Positions 16,819-26,485 are shown, counted from the stretch's first letter. The stretch is 64,000 nucleotides of DNA from Candidatus Nomurabacteria bacterium RIFCSPHIGHO2_01_FULL_37_25 (GCA_001786765.1 MFTH01000016.1:21666-85665); one strand, 5' to 3'. Notes: generated from the letters alone by a model not told the origin. Numbers and translations: made by a program.

Positions 16819-18517
16819 TTTTTTTTCGAGATCAAAAATTGTTCTTTTTTGTGTTCTAATTTTTTCTTTGATTTTAATAGCCAAGCTTTTTTTCCTGCAA
16901 GTTGTGCATGGCGATATTTACTCAAAATCTGCTGACCGCCAATATTCTACTCCTCCGGACAATATTTATGAACGCGGGACTATTTTCTTCAAGAGTAAAG
17001 ATGGACAACTCATTTCGGCTGCTACACAAGCTAATGGATTCAAGGTTGCCATAAATTCTAGTAAAATTATTGACAAAGAACTGGTTTATCAAAAACTCGC
17101 TAAAATAATCTCTCTTGATCATGCTGATTTTATAAATAAAGCGTCCAAGTTGAATGACCCTTATGAAGAGGTGGCAAACCGTCTTTCTAAAAAGCAAGCT
17201 GATGCAATATCTCTTCTCAAAATACCCGGGGTAAGTATTTTTAAAGAGAAATGGCGTCTTTATCCGGGAGGAACACTTGCTTCCCATGCGCTCGGTCTTG
17301 TCGGATACAAGGATGCAGAGCTAGGCGGGCGTTATGGTCTCGAGAGAGAGTATAATGCCGAACTTACTAGGGACAACAACCCTAATATTAATTTTTTTGC
17401 TGAAATTTTTTCCAATATAAATAAAACTTTTTTTAAAAATGAAATAATGCAAGGAGACTTGGTAACCACCATTGAGCCAACTGTGCAGAATTTTTTAGAG
17501 AAAAAATTAATGGAGTTAAAAGAAAAATATCAAATTGATTCTATTGGTGGAATAGTTATGAATCCGCAAGACGGAGCTATCTATGCTATGAGCGTTAAAG
17601 CAGATTTTAATCCAAATGATTTTTCTAAAACTAAAACATCTACTTTTTCTAATCCAATAGTGGAAAATGTTTTAGAATTTGGCTCTGTGGTAAAACCCTT
17701 GATTATGGCAGGAGCGATTGATGCGGGGGTGGTCTCGGCAGATACGACATACACCGATAATGGTTTTGTGAAGATTGAAAATAAAGAAATATCGAATTTT
17801 GATAAAAAGGGCAGAGGTCCAGGCACGAGTATGCAAGAAGTTTTAAATCAATCTCTCAACACCGGCATGGTTTTTGTAGCCCAAAAATTAGGCAAAGAAA
17901 GGTTGCGAGATTATTTATTTTCATACGGAATCAAAGATAAAACCGGCATTGATTTACCTAATGAAACTTCGGGACTTGCGGGAGGCATATCAAAAAGTCC
18001 TAGAGAAATCGAATATGTTAATGCCGCCTTTGGTCAAGGTATTGCTCTTACCCCGATTGGATTCATTCGAGCATTCGCCTCACTTTCAAATGGTGGCAAT
18101 CTGGTTGTGCCTCATATTGTGGAAGAAATAAAATATGATGATGGTAGTTCTAAAGTTATGAACTATGATACGGTAGCTACCAAAATAACAAAACAAACTT
18201 CAGAAGAGATAACTAGAATGTTAGTGACAGTAATGGATAAAGCGATCAAAGGAGGCGCAGGGAAGTTAGAACATTTTAGCGTGGCGGTGAAAACTGGCAC
18301 AGCGCAGGTTGCGGATAATACTACTGGAGGATATTATACGGACAGGAATACGCATTCTTTTGTCGGTTATTTTCCAGCTTATGATCCGAAGTTTATAGTC
18401 TTTCTTTATGCTATAAATCCAAAAGGTACGCCATACGCAGCGACAACTTGGTCGGATCCATTTTTAGAGATTACTAAATTTTTATTAAATTATTACGAGA
18501 TTCCGCCAGATCGGTAG
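16808..18517 (+). CDS. ftsI: Class B penicillin-binding protein (FtsI/PBP2-type)
   Basis: RGTIF, GSVVKP (SxxK), SLN and KTGTAQ motifs. Confidence 0.92.
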   Translation: MTYSFFSRSKIVLFCVLIFSLILIAKLFFLQVVHGDIYSKSADRQYSTPPDNIYERGTIFFKSKDGQLISAATQANGFKVAINSSKIIDKELVYQKLAKIISLDHADFINKASKLNDPYEEVANRLSKKQADAISLLKIPGVSIFKEKWRLYPGGTLASHALGLVGYKDAELGGRYGLEREYNAELTRDNNPNINFFAEIFSNINKTFFKNEIMQGDLVTTIEPTVQNFLEKKLMELKEKYQIDSIGGIVMNPQDGAIYAMSVKADFNPNDFSKTKTSTFSNPIVENVLEFGSVVKPLIMAGAIDAGVVSADTTYTDNGFVKIENKEISNFDKKGRGPGTSMQEVLNQSLNTGMVFVAQKLGKERLRDYLFSYGIKDKTGIDLPNETSGLAGGISKSPREIEYVNAAFGQGIALTPIGFIRAFASLSNGGNLVVPHIVEEIKYDDGSSKVMNYDTVATKITKQTSEEITRMLVTVMDKAIKGGAGKLEHFSVAVKTGTAQVADNTTGGYYTDRNTHSFVGYFPAYDPKFIVFLYAINPKGTPYAATTWSDPFLEITKFLLNYYEIPPDR

Positions 18518-18523
18518 TAATGA

Positions 18524-18645
18524 ATCCCGTTAGAGATATGATGGTTTTTCAGAAAAAATGAAAGAGAATATAACAATATGATTAAAGTTTTAATTAAAAG
18601 TAATGTAATTACGGAAATCTAAAGATTTCCTATCTCTAACGGGAT
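18524..18645. mobile_element. MITE-like element, family H, with 15-bp terminal inverted repeats; the right end overlaps the murF ATG
   Basis: atcccgttagagata ... tatctctaacgggat with an AT-rich interior; the same TIR occurs at 41104-41184. Confidence 0.75.
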
Positions 18646-19993
18646 GAAGACAATTCTTAAAAAAATAATAGCTTACATACTACAGATAGAATCACGCCTG
18701 GTAATTTTTAGATATAAACCGAAGATTGTCGCTATTACCGGCTCGGTCGGCAAGACTTCCACTAAGGATGCAGTTTATGCAGTTCTCTCCGGAATGTCGC
18801 ATGTTCGCAAAAGTGAGAAAAGCTATAATAGCGAAATAGGATTGCCACTGACTATTTTAGGTATTCCAAATGGATGGAATAATCCTCTGGTGTGGGTTCA
18901 AAATATTTGGAAAGGTCTTTGGCTTTTTCTTAGTCCTTTTGGGCCTCACAAATATCCCAAATGGCTTGTCCTCGAAGTCGGTGTAGGCAAGCCGGGTGAT
19001 ATGCGTCGCACAGCTTCTTGGTTTAAAACTGATGCGGTTATCATCACTGCCATCAGCGAGACTCCGGCTCATATTGAATTTTTTAATTCCCGAAAAGACC
19101 TTATAAAAGAAAAAAGCGAGCTCATAAAAACTTTAAAACCAGATGGCATTTTAATATTAAATGCTGATGACGAGGACGTGCTCTCTATGAGAAACCAAAG
19201 TAAGACTAAAGATAAGCATCGCGCTATAACTTATGGATTTACAGAAGGCGCTGATGTTTTGGCATCTCAAGATAGTATTTTTTATGGTGATTTAGGTGAA
19301 CCTCGAGGAATAACTTTTAGAATAGATGAGAGGGGGAATAGTCTACCTGTAATTACAGAAGGTGTATTTGGCAGAAATCATGTCTATGCTTCTCTCGGAG
19401 CTTTAGCTTTTTCTTCAATTTTGAAATTTAATATGCTGGATGCGGTGAATTCGCTAAAAAATTATGATGTTGCGCCAGGGCGTATGCGATTGCTAAATGG
19501 TATTAACGGAACTTTGATTATTGATGATACTTATAACTCTTCTCCTTTTGCTTGTGAATCCGCGCTTAAAACTTTAGGAGAAGTAAAATGTTTGGGGAGG
19601 AAAATTGCTATTTTGGGCGATATGCTTGAATTAGGTAAATACACAGAAGAAGCTCATAAAAATATCGGCAAGATAGCTAAAGAAAATTGTGATGTTTTGG
19701 TAGTGGTGGGTCATAGAGCGCAAGCTATAAAGTCTGGTGCTCTGGAAGCAGGGATGAATAATGCGAATATTTTTGAATTTTTAGATTCATATCAAGCTCA
19801 CGAATTTGTAAAAACTTTTGTGCGGGCAGGCCCGCCTGCTCCTGACGAAGGAGGGCGGGCAGGGGACTTGGTGCTCGTAAAAGGTTCTCAAGGTATGCGT
19901 ATGGAGCGTGTGGTAGAGGCGATACTTTTTGATAAAGAAAATAAAGAAAAACTACTGGTTCGTCAAGACAAAGAATGGTTGAAGAAAAAATAA
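18644..19993 (+). CDS. murF: UDP-MurNAc-tripeptide--D-Ala-D-Ala ligase
   Basis: ITGSVGKTSTK, IDDTYNSSP, LGDMLELG and LVKGS motifs. Confidence 0.95.
   Translation: MKTILKKIIAYILQIESRLVIFRYKPKIVAITGSVGKTSTKDAVYAVLSGMSHVRKSEKSYNSEIGLPLTILGIPNGWNNPLVWVQNIWKGLWLFLSPFGPHKYPKWLVLEVGVGKPGDMRRTASWFKTDAVIITAISETPAHIEFFNSRKDLIKEKSELIKTLKPDGILILNADDEDVLSMRNQSKTKDKHRAITYGFTEGADVLASQDSIFYGDLGEPRGITFRIDERGNSLPVITEGVFGRNHVYASLGALAFSSILKFNMLDAVNSLKNYDVAPGRMRLLNGINGTLIIDDTYNSSPFACESALKTLGEVKCLGRKIAILGDMLELGKYTEEAHKNIGKIAKENCDVLVVVGHRAQAIKSGALEAGMNNANIFEFLDSYQAHEFVKTFVRAGPPAPDEGGRAGDLVLVKGSQGMRMERVVEAILFDKENKEKLLVRQDKEWLKKK
19831..19863 (-). repeat. Family C 33-bp element in frame in murF (PPAPDEGGRAG)
   Basis: cccgcctgctcctgacgaaggagggcgggcagg, preceded by a duplicate gcgggcagg. 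Confidence 0.82.
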
Positions 19994-20022
19994 TTGATTA
20001 AAATCGTAGTAGCTTTTAGGTC

Positions 20023-20072
20023 AAAAAGAAAGGGCCTGCGAAATCTCAAATATATGATAATCACGCAGGCCC
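20023..20072 (-). terminator. Intrinsic terminator of the small-ORF unit
   Basis: gggcctgcg...cgcaggccc followed by tttcttttt on the minus strand. Confidence 0.65.
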
Positions 20073-20182
20073 AGATGTGGTTGACTACCGCTTACACAAG
20101 CGCTGCCCAATGGCAGCGAACATCACCGCCAAGATGACGGGGGCCGCCGACATTTGGGCGGTCTGTGCCTCTGTGTCCTCCT

Positions 20183-20323
20183 TTAAATTGACTCCATTAA
20201 TTTTTTTTCACCGTGTGGTGATACACACGGTGGTGGATCGTGCGTTGCCCAAAAACGCAACGCTATTGATCCCAACAACATCCCCCCCACACAACAAAAC
20301 AAAACAACTAGAAATCTTTGCAT
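20183..20323 (-). CDS. Unannotated 46-aa single-TM small protein
   Basis: MQRFLVVLFCCVGGMLLGSIALRFWATHDPPPCVSPHGEKKLMESI; SD GGAGGAG; promoter TTGACA-17-TATATC at 20408-20436. Confidence 0.6.
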   Translation of the reverse strand: MQRFLVVLFCCVGGMLLGSIALRFWATHDPPPCVSPHGEKKLMESI

Positions 20324-20530
20324 AATAACTCTCCTCCCTATCTCAACCTCTCACTTTCGGTGCTGAGGCCATCCTTTTACGGATTTTATAGAGTGATTCC
20401 AAAAAAAGATATATCATGTTAAAATGTTATTGTCAAGGGTTCAAGTAATAGTTTTGTTACCTTTGTGACCTATTGTATGACGAATTAGAACTTGCCTTGA
20501 CCAGGTCAAGGCGCTATCAGGGCGTTATAA

Positions 20531-21301
20531 CTACAGGTTAGTCTTAATCCAACTATCAAAAATAGTTTTTATTTCTGCTAGATTTTTTGGGTCTCTAAAA
20601 GTATGAGGCGCATCTTTGATTATGTGTATTTCTTTTTTGCCGGGCAATTTATCAAAAAGTATTTTTTGATGTTCTGGTGGTGTACTGTCGTCTTTGTCTC
20701 CAACTATTAATAATACTGGCATAGTTAATTTATTTGCTTCTGGCAATAAATCATATTTCATCCTGTCTTCCATTTCTGCCCATTTTAATTTCTTGACAAG
20801 TCCAGGCTTTGATTCACTTTCTTGGATTAGCCAACCTGTCTTTTTCCATTCATCTATTTTTCCACGAGATTTCTTTGTTTCAAGACTAAGTCCTCCGGAC
20901 ACAACTGTCGAAATCGGCGCAAGGGCTTTAACTTCATTTGGGTATCTTTCTGCATATAGGGCAGTTGATATTCCACCTAGGCTATGTCCAACAAGCCAAA
21001 ATGGTTCTTTGTACCAAGTTTGAATTTTTGCCCAATTAATAACGTCTTCTAAATCTTCGTAATAGTTTGTTGTAGTCGCATCTTCGTATAAACCCTCGCT
21101 TTCACCATATGTGTGAGTTGTATCAAATAGAACAGTAGTAAAATCATTTTCTCTGAAAGCCTCAGCAAAGGTTTGAATATGTTTTTGTTCTTTGAATCCT
21201 CCAAGTCCATGCATAACAAAAACTAAACCCTTTGATTTTTGGTTTTTGTCAACAACTACAGCAATTTTTTTATCGTTACGATTTTTTATAAATATTTTCA
21301 T
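20531..21301 (-). CDS. Alpha/beta hydrolase
   Basis: HGLGG, GHSLGG nucleophile elbow, GDKDD and APHTF motifs. Start moved to MKIFIK because the upstream part overlaps the tRNA. Confidence 0.9.
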   Translation of the reverse strand: MKIFIKNRNDKKIAVVVDKNQKSKGLVFVMHGLGGFKEQKHIQTFAEAFRENDFTTVLFDTTHTYGESEGLYEDATTTNYYEDLEDVINWAKIQTWYKEPFWLVGHSLGGISTALYAERYPNEVKALAPISTVVSGGLSLETKKSRGKIDEWKKTGWLIQESESKPGLVKKLKWAEMEDRMKYDLLPEANKLTMPVLLIVGDKDDSTPPEHQKILFDKLPGKKEIHIIKDAPHTFRDPKNLAEIKTIFDSWIKTNL

Positions 21302-21319
21302 TTGTTTTTTTGTGCCTTG

Positions 21320-21391
21320 TGACCTTACTGGGAATCGCACCCAGATTTAAAGCTTGAGAAGCTCTTGTCCTAACTATTAGACGATAAGGCC
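21320..21391 (-). tRNA. tRNA-Glu(CTC) with atypical D and T loops
   Basis: ggccttatcgtctaatagttaggac-agagc-ttCTCaa-gcttt...ctgggTGCGATTcccag-taaggtca. Confidence 0.85.
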
Positions 21392-21494
21392 TTGTGTAAA
21401 AAATACAACATTTAAAACAAAAAATCAAAGATTTTTTAGCACCTACATAAGATTTCTGCATATGCGGGAATTTTAGATAACATAATTTTATTCT

Positions 21495-22532
21495 CTAATT
21501 TTCCACTTTCGGTTTTTCCACCTCAAGTAGTGAAAGTTCTGGTGAAGAACCGGCGATGCGGAGGACATCTTTGTCTATTTTTTTTAATTCTTTATTTGAA
21601 GCATTGTAATGATTCACGACAGTGCCGAGCGCGTTGCCGAGCTTGTTGTGATATTCATCATAAGATTTTAAATGCTTCCCCAAGTCTTCCACCTTTTTTA
21701 TTATTTCTTTTGCAGATTCTTCTATTTTTAACGCTTTTAGGCCTTGCAGGACCGTTTGTAAATATGCCAGAAAAGAAGTGGGACTCGTAATAATGACTTT
21801 ATATTTTCCTGCCGCTCGTTGAATCAAGTTTTCTTCTCCAGCGCCGACCTTGCCTGTGAGCAAGTCATAGTAAATAGCTTCATGCGGAATAAACATAAAG
21901 GCAAAATCAGTCGTGCCTTCTCTTGGTTGGATATATTTTGCAGTTTCTAATATTCTATTTTTCAAATCATCTTCAAAAACTTTTCCTAGTTTTTTTCTTT
22001 CTGTTTCATCTCTTTCTTCCGCCATTCTATTGTAATTCTCCAGCGAGAATTTTGAATCTATCGGAATAATTTTATCTTTTATAAATACTACAGCATCCAC
22101 AATAGTTTTATCAGGAAATTCGTATTGCATTTGGTAGCTTCCGGGCGGAAGGACGTTTTTTAGAACTGTTTCTAGATAATATTCGCCCAATATTCCGCGT
22201 TGTTTAGGGTTCTTTAAAATATTTTCCAAGCTTTGCAACTGGTCAGCAAAAGAGATGACTTGTTTATTTGTCTCGTCTAGTCTGGTGAGTCTTTCGGTCA
22301 CATCTCTGATGATTTTATTTGATTCACTGGAATGAAATTTTAGACTCTCGTTGACTTGTTTGTGTGATTCTCCTATTTTATTATCCACTGTTCGTGAGAG
22401 CTCATTTATTTGCGTTAAGATAAGATTTAGTCCAGTGTCATCTTTATTTTCTTCTTTTTTTCTACTTAAAAAATAATAGACAATTATGCCTCCAGCTATT
22501 ATTCCTAGTATTATAGAGAAAGAATTTTGCAT
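21495..22532 (-). CDS. rmuC: DNA recombination protein RmuC
   Basis: N-terminal TM; LKNPKQRGILGE, IDSKF, TTDFAFMFIP and SPTS motifs. Confidence 0.92.
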   Translation of the reverse strand: MQNSFSIILGIIAGGIIVYYFLSRKKEENKDDTGLNLILTQINELSRTVDNKIGESHKQVNESLKFHSSESNKIIRDVTERLTRLDETNKQVISFADQLQSLENILKNPKQRGILGEYYLETVLKNVLPPGSYQMQYEFPDKTIVDAVVFIKDKIIPIDSKFSLENYNRMAEERDETERKKLGKVFEDDLKNRILETAKYIQPREGTTDFAFMFIPHEAIYYDLLTGKVGAGEENLIQRAAGKYKVIITSPTSFLAYLQTVLQGLKALKIEESAKEIIKKVEDLGKHLKSYDEYHNKLGNALGTVVNHYNASNKELKKIDKDVLRIAGSSPELSLLEVEKPKVEN

Positions 22533-22558
22533 ATATTTATATTATTATTATTTTAAAA

Positions 22559-23308
22559 TTATTTTTGCAAATGATGCTTTAACGTATAAATCCAGTCTTC
22601 GTGTTCAATAACATCGCTTTTTTCTTTTTCACGCAGAAGCCATTCCAGCCAACCACGGTCTATTTGCAGAACCTCTTCTACTTTCTTTCCTTTATATTTC
22701 CCAAAATTTAATGTTCTTATAAGAAGTGGTTTTGAAGAAATCTCAATCATTCTTTCTATCGCTTTATCTTCGTTTATTTTTTCCTGCTCTATTAATTTCT
22801 TTTTTAACCTTTCAAAAAGTTTTTCCAAAATTAAAACATCTCCAAATGCATCGTGCGCTTGGGCTTCTACATCCAGATCTAGCAAATAGCGTAAATACTG
22901 CAAGTTGTATCTGCCTATTTTTTCTTCTGGGTCTAAATATCTGGCCAGTTTTAATGTGCAAATAAAGTTATTAGGATTTATGTTTTCTTTTTTGATTATG
23001 GTCAAATCAAAAGGCGCATTGTGAGCCACCACAACAGAATCTTTATCTTCAAAAAGTTTTTTGATTTTAGGCTGGTCTTCACTTTTTGAAAAAGGTTTTT
23101 TATTTTCAACCATTTTGTTCGTTATGTGGTGTATGGCCGAAGCTTCCGGAGGTATTTTGATCTCAGGTTTATAAAGACCAACAAATACAGCATCTTCTTT
23201 TTTATCCAAAGAAGAGTAAATCTTGTAAGCAATCTGGACTAAAAAATCCTTTTGTTCATTTCCTGTAGTTTCCGTATCAAAAAATATTAATTTAGACGCT
23301 GTGTTCAT
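22559..23308 (-). CDS. DEDDh 3'-5' exonuclease (ExoX-like, C-terminal FGKYKG domain)
   Basis: FFDTETTG, AHNAPFD, AHDAFGD and FGKYKG motifs. Confidence 0.9.
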   Translation of the reverse strand: MNTASKLIFFDTETTGNEQKDFLVQIAYKIYSSLDKKEDAVFVGLYKPEIKIPPEASAIHHITNKMVENKKPFSKSEDQPKIKKLFEDKDSVVVAHNAPFDLTIIKKENINPNNFICTLKLARYLDPEEKIGRYNLQYLRYLLDLDVEAQAHDAFGDVLILEKLFERLKKKLIEQEKINEDKAIERMIEISSKPLLIRTLNFGKYKGKKVEEVLQIDRGWLEWLLREKEKSDVIEHEDWIYTLKHHLQK

Positions 23309-23342
23309 ACTTGGCTATTTTAGCATAATTTTGTTATACTAG

Positions 23343-23485
23343 ACAGGAAAATGTTGTTTTAGAAAGCCTTGCGCAGGAGCTTAGAAAATAAAAGCGGTAC
23401 TCCGATTATTATTTTCTTGAGCGACGAGCAGTTCGCTGGCAAAGCTTTGCCAGACAGATTGCTTTATAAAATAATATTTTCCTGT
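23343..23485. repeat. 143-bp multi-stem element with ~25-bp inverted arms upstream of yqeY
   Basis: acaggaaaatgttgttttagaaagc / gctttataaaataatattttcctgt enclose hairpins including ctggcaaagctttgccag. Confidence 0.75.
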
Positions 23486-23490
23486 GTTTT

Positions 23491-23940
23491 ATGCTACACG
23501 AACAAATTAAAAATGGAATAAAAGAAGCGATGATGGCAAAGGATGCTTTGCGTTTGAAAGCTTTTAGAGCAATGTCGGCCGCATTTACAAATGAACTCGT
23601 CGCTAAAGGCAGGAAACCGCAAGATATGCTTACTGACGAGGAGGCGATAGCTGTGATTGCGAAACTTGCAAAGCAACGTAACGATTCTATTGTTCAGTTT
23701 AGAAAGGGTGGCAGAGAGGATTTGGTAAAAGAAGAATCAGCAGAGCTTTCGATTCTAAAAACGTATTTACCAGAAATGATGAATAAAAGTGAGGTTGAAA
23801 AAATAGCTCGCGCTAAAAAAAGCGAATTGGGTATTACAGATGCTACTAAAAAAGGAATGCTTATGTCGGCAGTTATGAAGGATTTAAAAGGCAAAGCGGA
23901 TGGTAATTTAGTGAAAGAAGTCATAGATTCACTCTTTTGA
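23491..23940 (+). CDS. yqeY: GatB/YqeY domain protein
   Basis: KQRNDSI.QF.KGGREDL, YLP and KGKADG motifs. Confidence 0.92.
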   Translation: MLHEQIKNGIKEAMMAKDALRLKAFRAMSAAFTNELVAKGRKPQDMLTDEEAIAVIAKLAKQRNDSIVQFRKGGREDLVKEESAELSILKTYLPEMMNKSEVEKIARAKKSELGITDATKKGMLMSAVMKDLKGKADGNLVKEVIDSLF

Positions 23941-23993
23941 ATTTTTTAAGACGTATATCGTAAATATTTTAAAGTATCTAGTAAAAAATAATT

Positions 23994-24893
23994 ATGAAAA
24001 AATTAAGCAAAAAATTAGTAACGCACGATGGATCTTTTCAATCAGATGATATTTTCGCGGCCGCGACGCTTGCTATTTTTCTTGAAAAAGCTGGAGAGAC
24101 TTTTGAAATAATAAGAACTCGAAATCCTGAAATCATTAATACTGGCGATTATGTTTTTGACGTAGGTGGAATATATGATGAAGCTATAAACAGATTTGAT
24201 CATCATCAAATAGGCGGGGCGGGCAAAGGTTTGGACAATATAGACTATGCCGCTTTTGGTTTAGTTTGGAAAAAATTTGGAAAAATAGTTGCTGGGAGTG
24301 AAAAGGTGGCAGGACTTATAAATAAACGTTTAGTTACCCCAATTGATGCTTGGGATAACGGTTTTGATTTGGTTCTTAATAAATATAATGTAACGCCGTA
24401 TTATGTGCAGCACTTTTTTTTGTCGATGGTGCCGACTTGGAGAGAAGAGAATATAACCAACGATGAAATGTTTCTAAAAAGCGTAGAGATTGCAAAAGAG
24501 ATTTTGTTACGGGAAATAATTCATGCGCAGGACTTGCTTTTAGCAGATGAAAAAGTTCTTTCTATATATAACAATACTAAAGACAAACGAATAATTATTT
24601 TAGATAAAAATTATCCTTATGAATATACTCTAACTAATTTCTCTGAACCCCTTTTTGTAATCTATCCCAGAATTAATGACAATTTGTGGGGAGTGAAAGC
24701 CGTTAGGAAAAATCCAAAATCTTTTAGTAATAGAAAAGACTTCCCAAAATCGTGGGCCGGATTGCGAGACGATGAATTGCAAAAAACCAGCGGAGTGTCG
24801 GATGCTGTATTTTGTCACCGAGGATTATTTATGGCTGTAGCCAAATCAAAAGAAGGAGCTATGAAATTAGCTCAAATTGCTGTAAAATCATAG
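23994..24893 (+). CDS. MYG1-family (UPF0160) DHH-like exonuclease
   Basis: THDGSFQSDD, IIRTR, DVGG..D...RFDHHQ and FCH motifs. Confidence 0.92.
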   Translation: MKKLSKKLVTHDGSFQSDDIFAAATLAIFLEKAGETFEIIRTRNPEIINTGDYVFDVGGIYDEAINRFDHHQIGGAGKGLDNIDYAAFGLVWKKFGKIVAGSEKVAGLINKRLVTPIDAWDNGFDLVLNKYNVTPYYVQHFFLSMVPTWREENITNDEMFLKSVEIAKEILLREIIHAQDLLLADEKVLSIYNNTKDKRIIILDKNYPYEYTLTNFSEPLFVIYPRINDNLWGVKAVRKNPKSFSNRKDFPKSWAGLRDDELQKTSGVSDAVFCHRGLFMAVAKSKEGAMKLAQIAVKS

Positions 24894-24983
24894 ACTATGA
24901 GAATGAAAAATTTAAGCGTCGTGGGTTCCCTGTCCTTATGACCTCGAGGGCGAAGGCGCAAGAATTTTTTATTCTCATAGTCT
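24892..24983 (+). repeat. Family B element, intergenic copy
   Basis: Same core as the rsmH copy, with different arms agactatgagaatgaaaaatt / aattttttattctcatagtct. Confidence 0.9.
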
Positions 24984-24995
24984 GTACTATATATC

Positions 24996-25988
24996 ATGGC
25001 ATTCATCGATGAAATAAAAATATATGCGGAAGCCGGCCGAGGCGGGAACGGTGTCGTGCGTTGGCATAGACAGAAGTTTGAACCGAAGGGTGGTCCTGCG
25101 GGTGGAAATGCTGGCCGAGGCGGGGATTTTTATATAAAAGCTGTCCGTGATGCGCACATACTTTCCAAATATAAAGCAAAAAAAATTTTCATTGCCGATA
25201 AGGGGGAAGATGGCGGAAGCAAAAGTTTGCATGGTAAAAACGGAGAAGATTTTATTTTGGAATTGCCGATAGGTTCTGTAATTACGAATATTGAAACTGA
25301 TGAAAAATGGCAATTGATGAAAGAAGGGGAGAAGATTTTACTTTTAAAAGGGGGATATGGCGGTTTTGGAAATGAACATTTCAAAAGCTCATTAAATACG
25401 ACACCCAAAGAGTCCAGAGAGGGAGGGGTCGGGGAAAATGGAAATTTCAAAATAGAGTTAGAACTTTTTGCCGATATTGGATTTATTGGACTTCCAAATG
25501 CGGGAAAATCTTCTTTGCTTAATGCGCTTACAAACGCAGAAGCGAAAGTCGGAAATTATGCTTTCACGACACTCGATCCAAATTTGGGAGACTTTTTTGG
25601 TTTTATCATTGCTGATATTCCGGGAATCATTGAAGGAGCATCTTCCGGCAAAGGTCTCGGTATAAAATTCTTGCGTCATATCAAACGAACCAAAATGCTT
25701 GCGCATTTAGTATCTTTTGAAAATCCTAATATGTTGAAAAGTTATAAAGAGGTTCGTAAAGAATTGGCAAAATATGATACAAATTTAGATTTGGGCGGGG
25801 ATGGTCTGTCTCTAAAAGAAGAAATAATTATTTTAACAAAAACTGACATAGTAGATGATCCGAAAATTATCGCAAAAAAAGTTTCCGACTTTAAAAAGAT
25901 TAGTAAAAATGTTTTTGCCTTGTCTTTATTTGATGACAAAACGGTAAAGAAGTTTCAAGATTCATTGGTCAAGATTTTAAAAAAGTAG
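24996..25988 (+). CDS. obgE: GTPase ObgE
   Basis: Gly-rich Obg fold; GLPNAGKS, YAFTTL, DIPG and FLRHI motifs. Confidence 0.97.
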   Translation: MAFIDEIKIYAEAGRGGNGVVRWHRQKFEPKGGPAGGNAGRGGDFYIKAVRDAHILSKYKAKKIFIADKGEDGGSKSLHGKNGEDFILELPIGSVITNIETDEKWQLMKEGEKILLLKGGYGGFGNEHFKSSLNTTPKESREGGVGENGNFKIELELFADIGFIGLPNAGKSSLLNALTNAEAKVGNYAFTTLDPNLGDFFGFIIADIPGIIEGASSGKGLGIKFLRHIKRTKMLAHLVSFENPNMLKSYKEVRKELAKYDTNLDLGGDGLSLKEEIIILTKTDIVDDPKIIAKKVSDFKKISKNVFALSLFDDKTVKKFQDSLVKILKK

Positions 25989-26095
25989 CTAGGAATTGTT
26001 TATATTAGAATACGGGCGTGACACCTTGACATTTTGAAAGAAATGTTTTAAAAGGATATGAGAGTTCAAAGTTTAGGCACTTAAGGAGGTGCAAT

Positions 26096-26425
26096 GTGGA
26101 TCTTTTAAAACCAGCGTGGAGGTGGATAATCCGCAGGAAGCACGGTAGGGGGGTTACTTTTCTCAACCGTGAAAAGCCTTTATGGCCTAACAGCATCGAT
26201 CCAATTATATTAGACATGAATGATCGGGATCATTGTGTCTTAGCCCAAGTGTATGGAGAGGGGTATAGTGAGGCTTGCCGAAGCCTCAATATAAGCGGGT
26301 CCAATTATGGTTTCGATCTCCCCCAGATGCCAATAAGGCACCGAGGTGCCTACTTTGCGTATTTAAAAAGTCTCTGGCTCGAGGAGCGCGAGAGGCAGCT
26401 CGCAGAAATGAGTGAAGACGTATAG
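26096..26425 (+). CDS. Hypothetical protein in a self-contained cassette
   Basis: SD AAGGAGGT, upstream TTGACA (26026) and downstream hairpin gcctcgca..tgcgaggc; GC richer than neighbours. Confidence 0.7.
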   Translation: MDLLKPAWRWIIRRKHGRGVTFLNREKPLWPNSIDPIILDMNDRDHCVLAQVYGEGYSEACRSLNISGSNYGFDLPQMPIRHRGAYFAYLKSLWLEERERQLAEMSEDV

Positions 26426-26450
26426 CCTCACTTCACTCAACAAAGACAAG

Positions 26451-26485
26451 GCCTCGCATCGGTAACGGTGCGAGGCTAAATTTTT
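26451..26485 (+). terminator. Intrinsic terminator
   Basis: gcctcgcatcggtaacggtgcgaggc followed by a T-rich tail. Confidence 0.6.

Noticed and set aside
20077-20325. 82-aa plus-strand ORF
   Set aside because: Promoter, SD and terminator signals all support the minus-strand unit instead.
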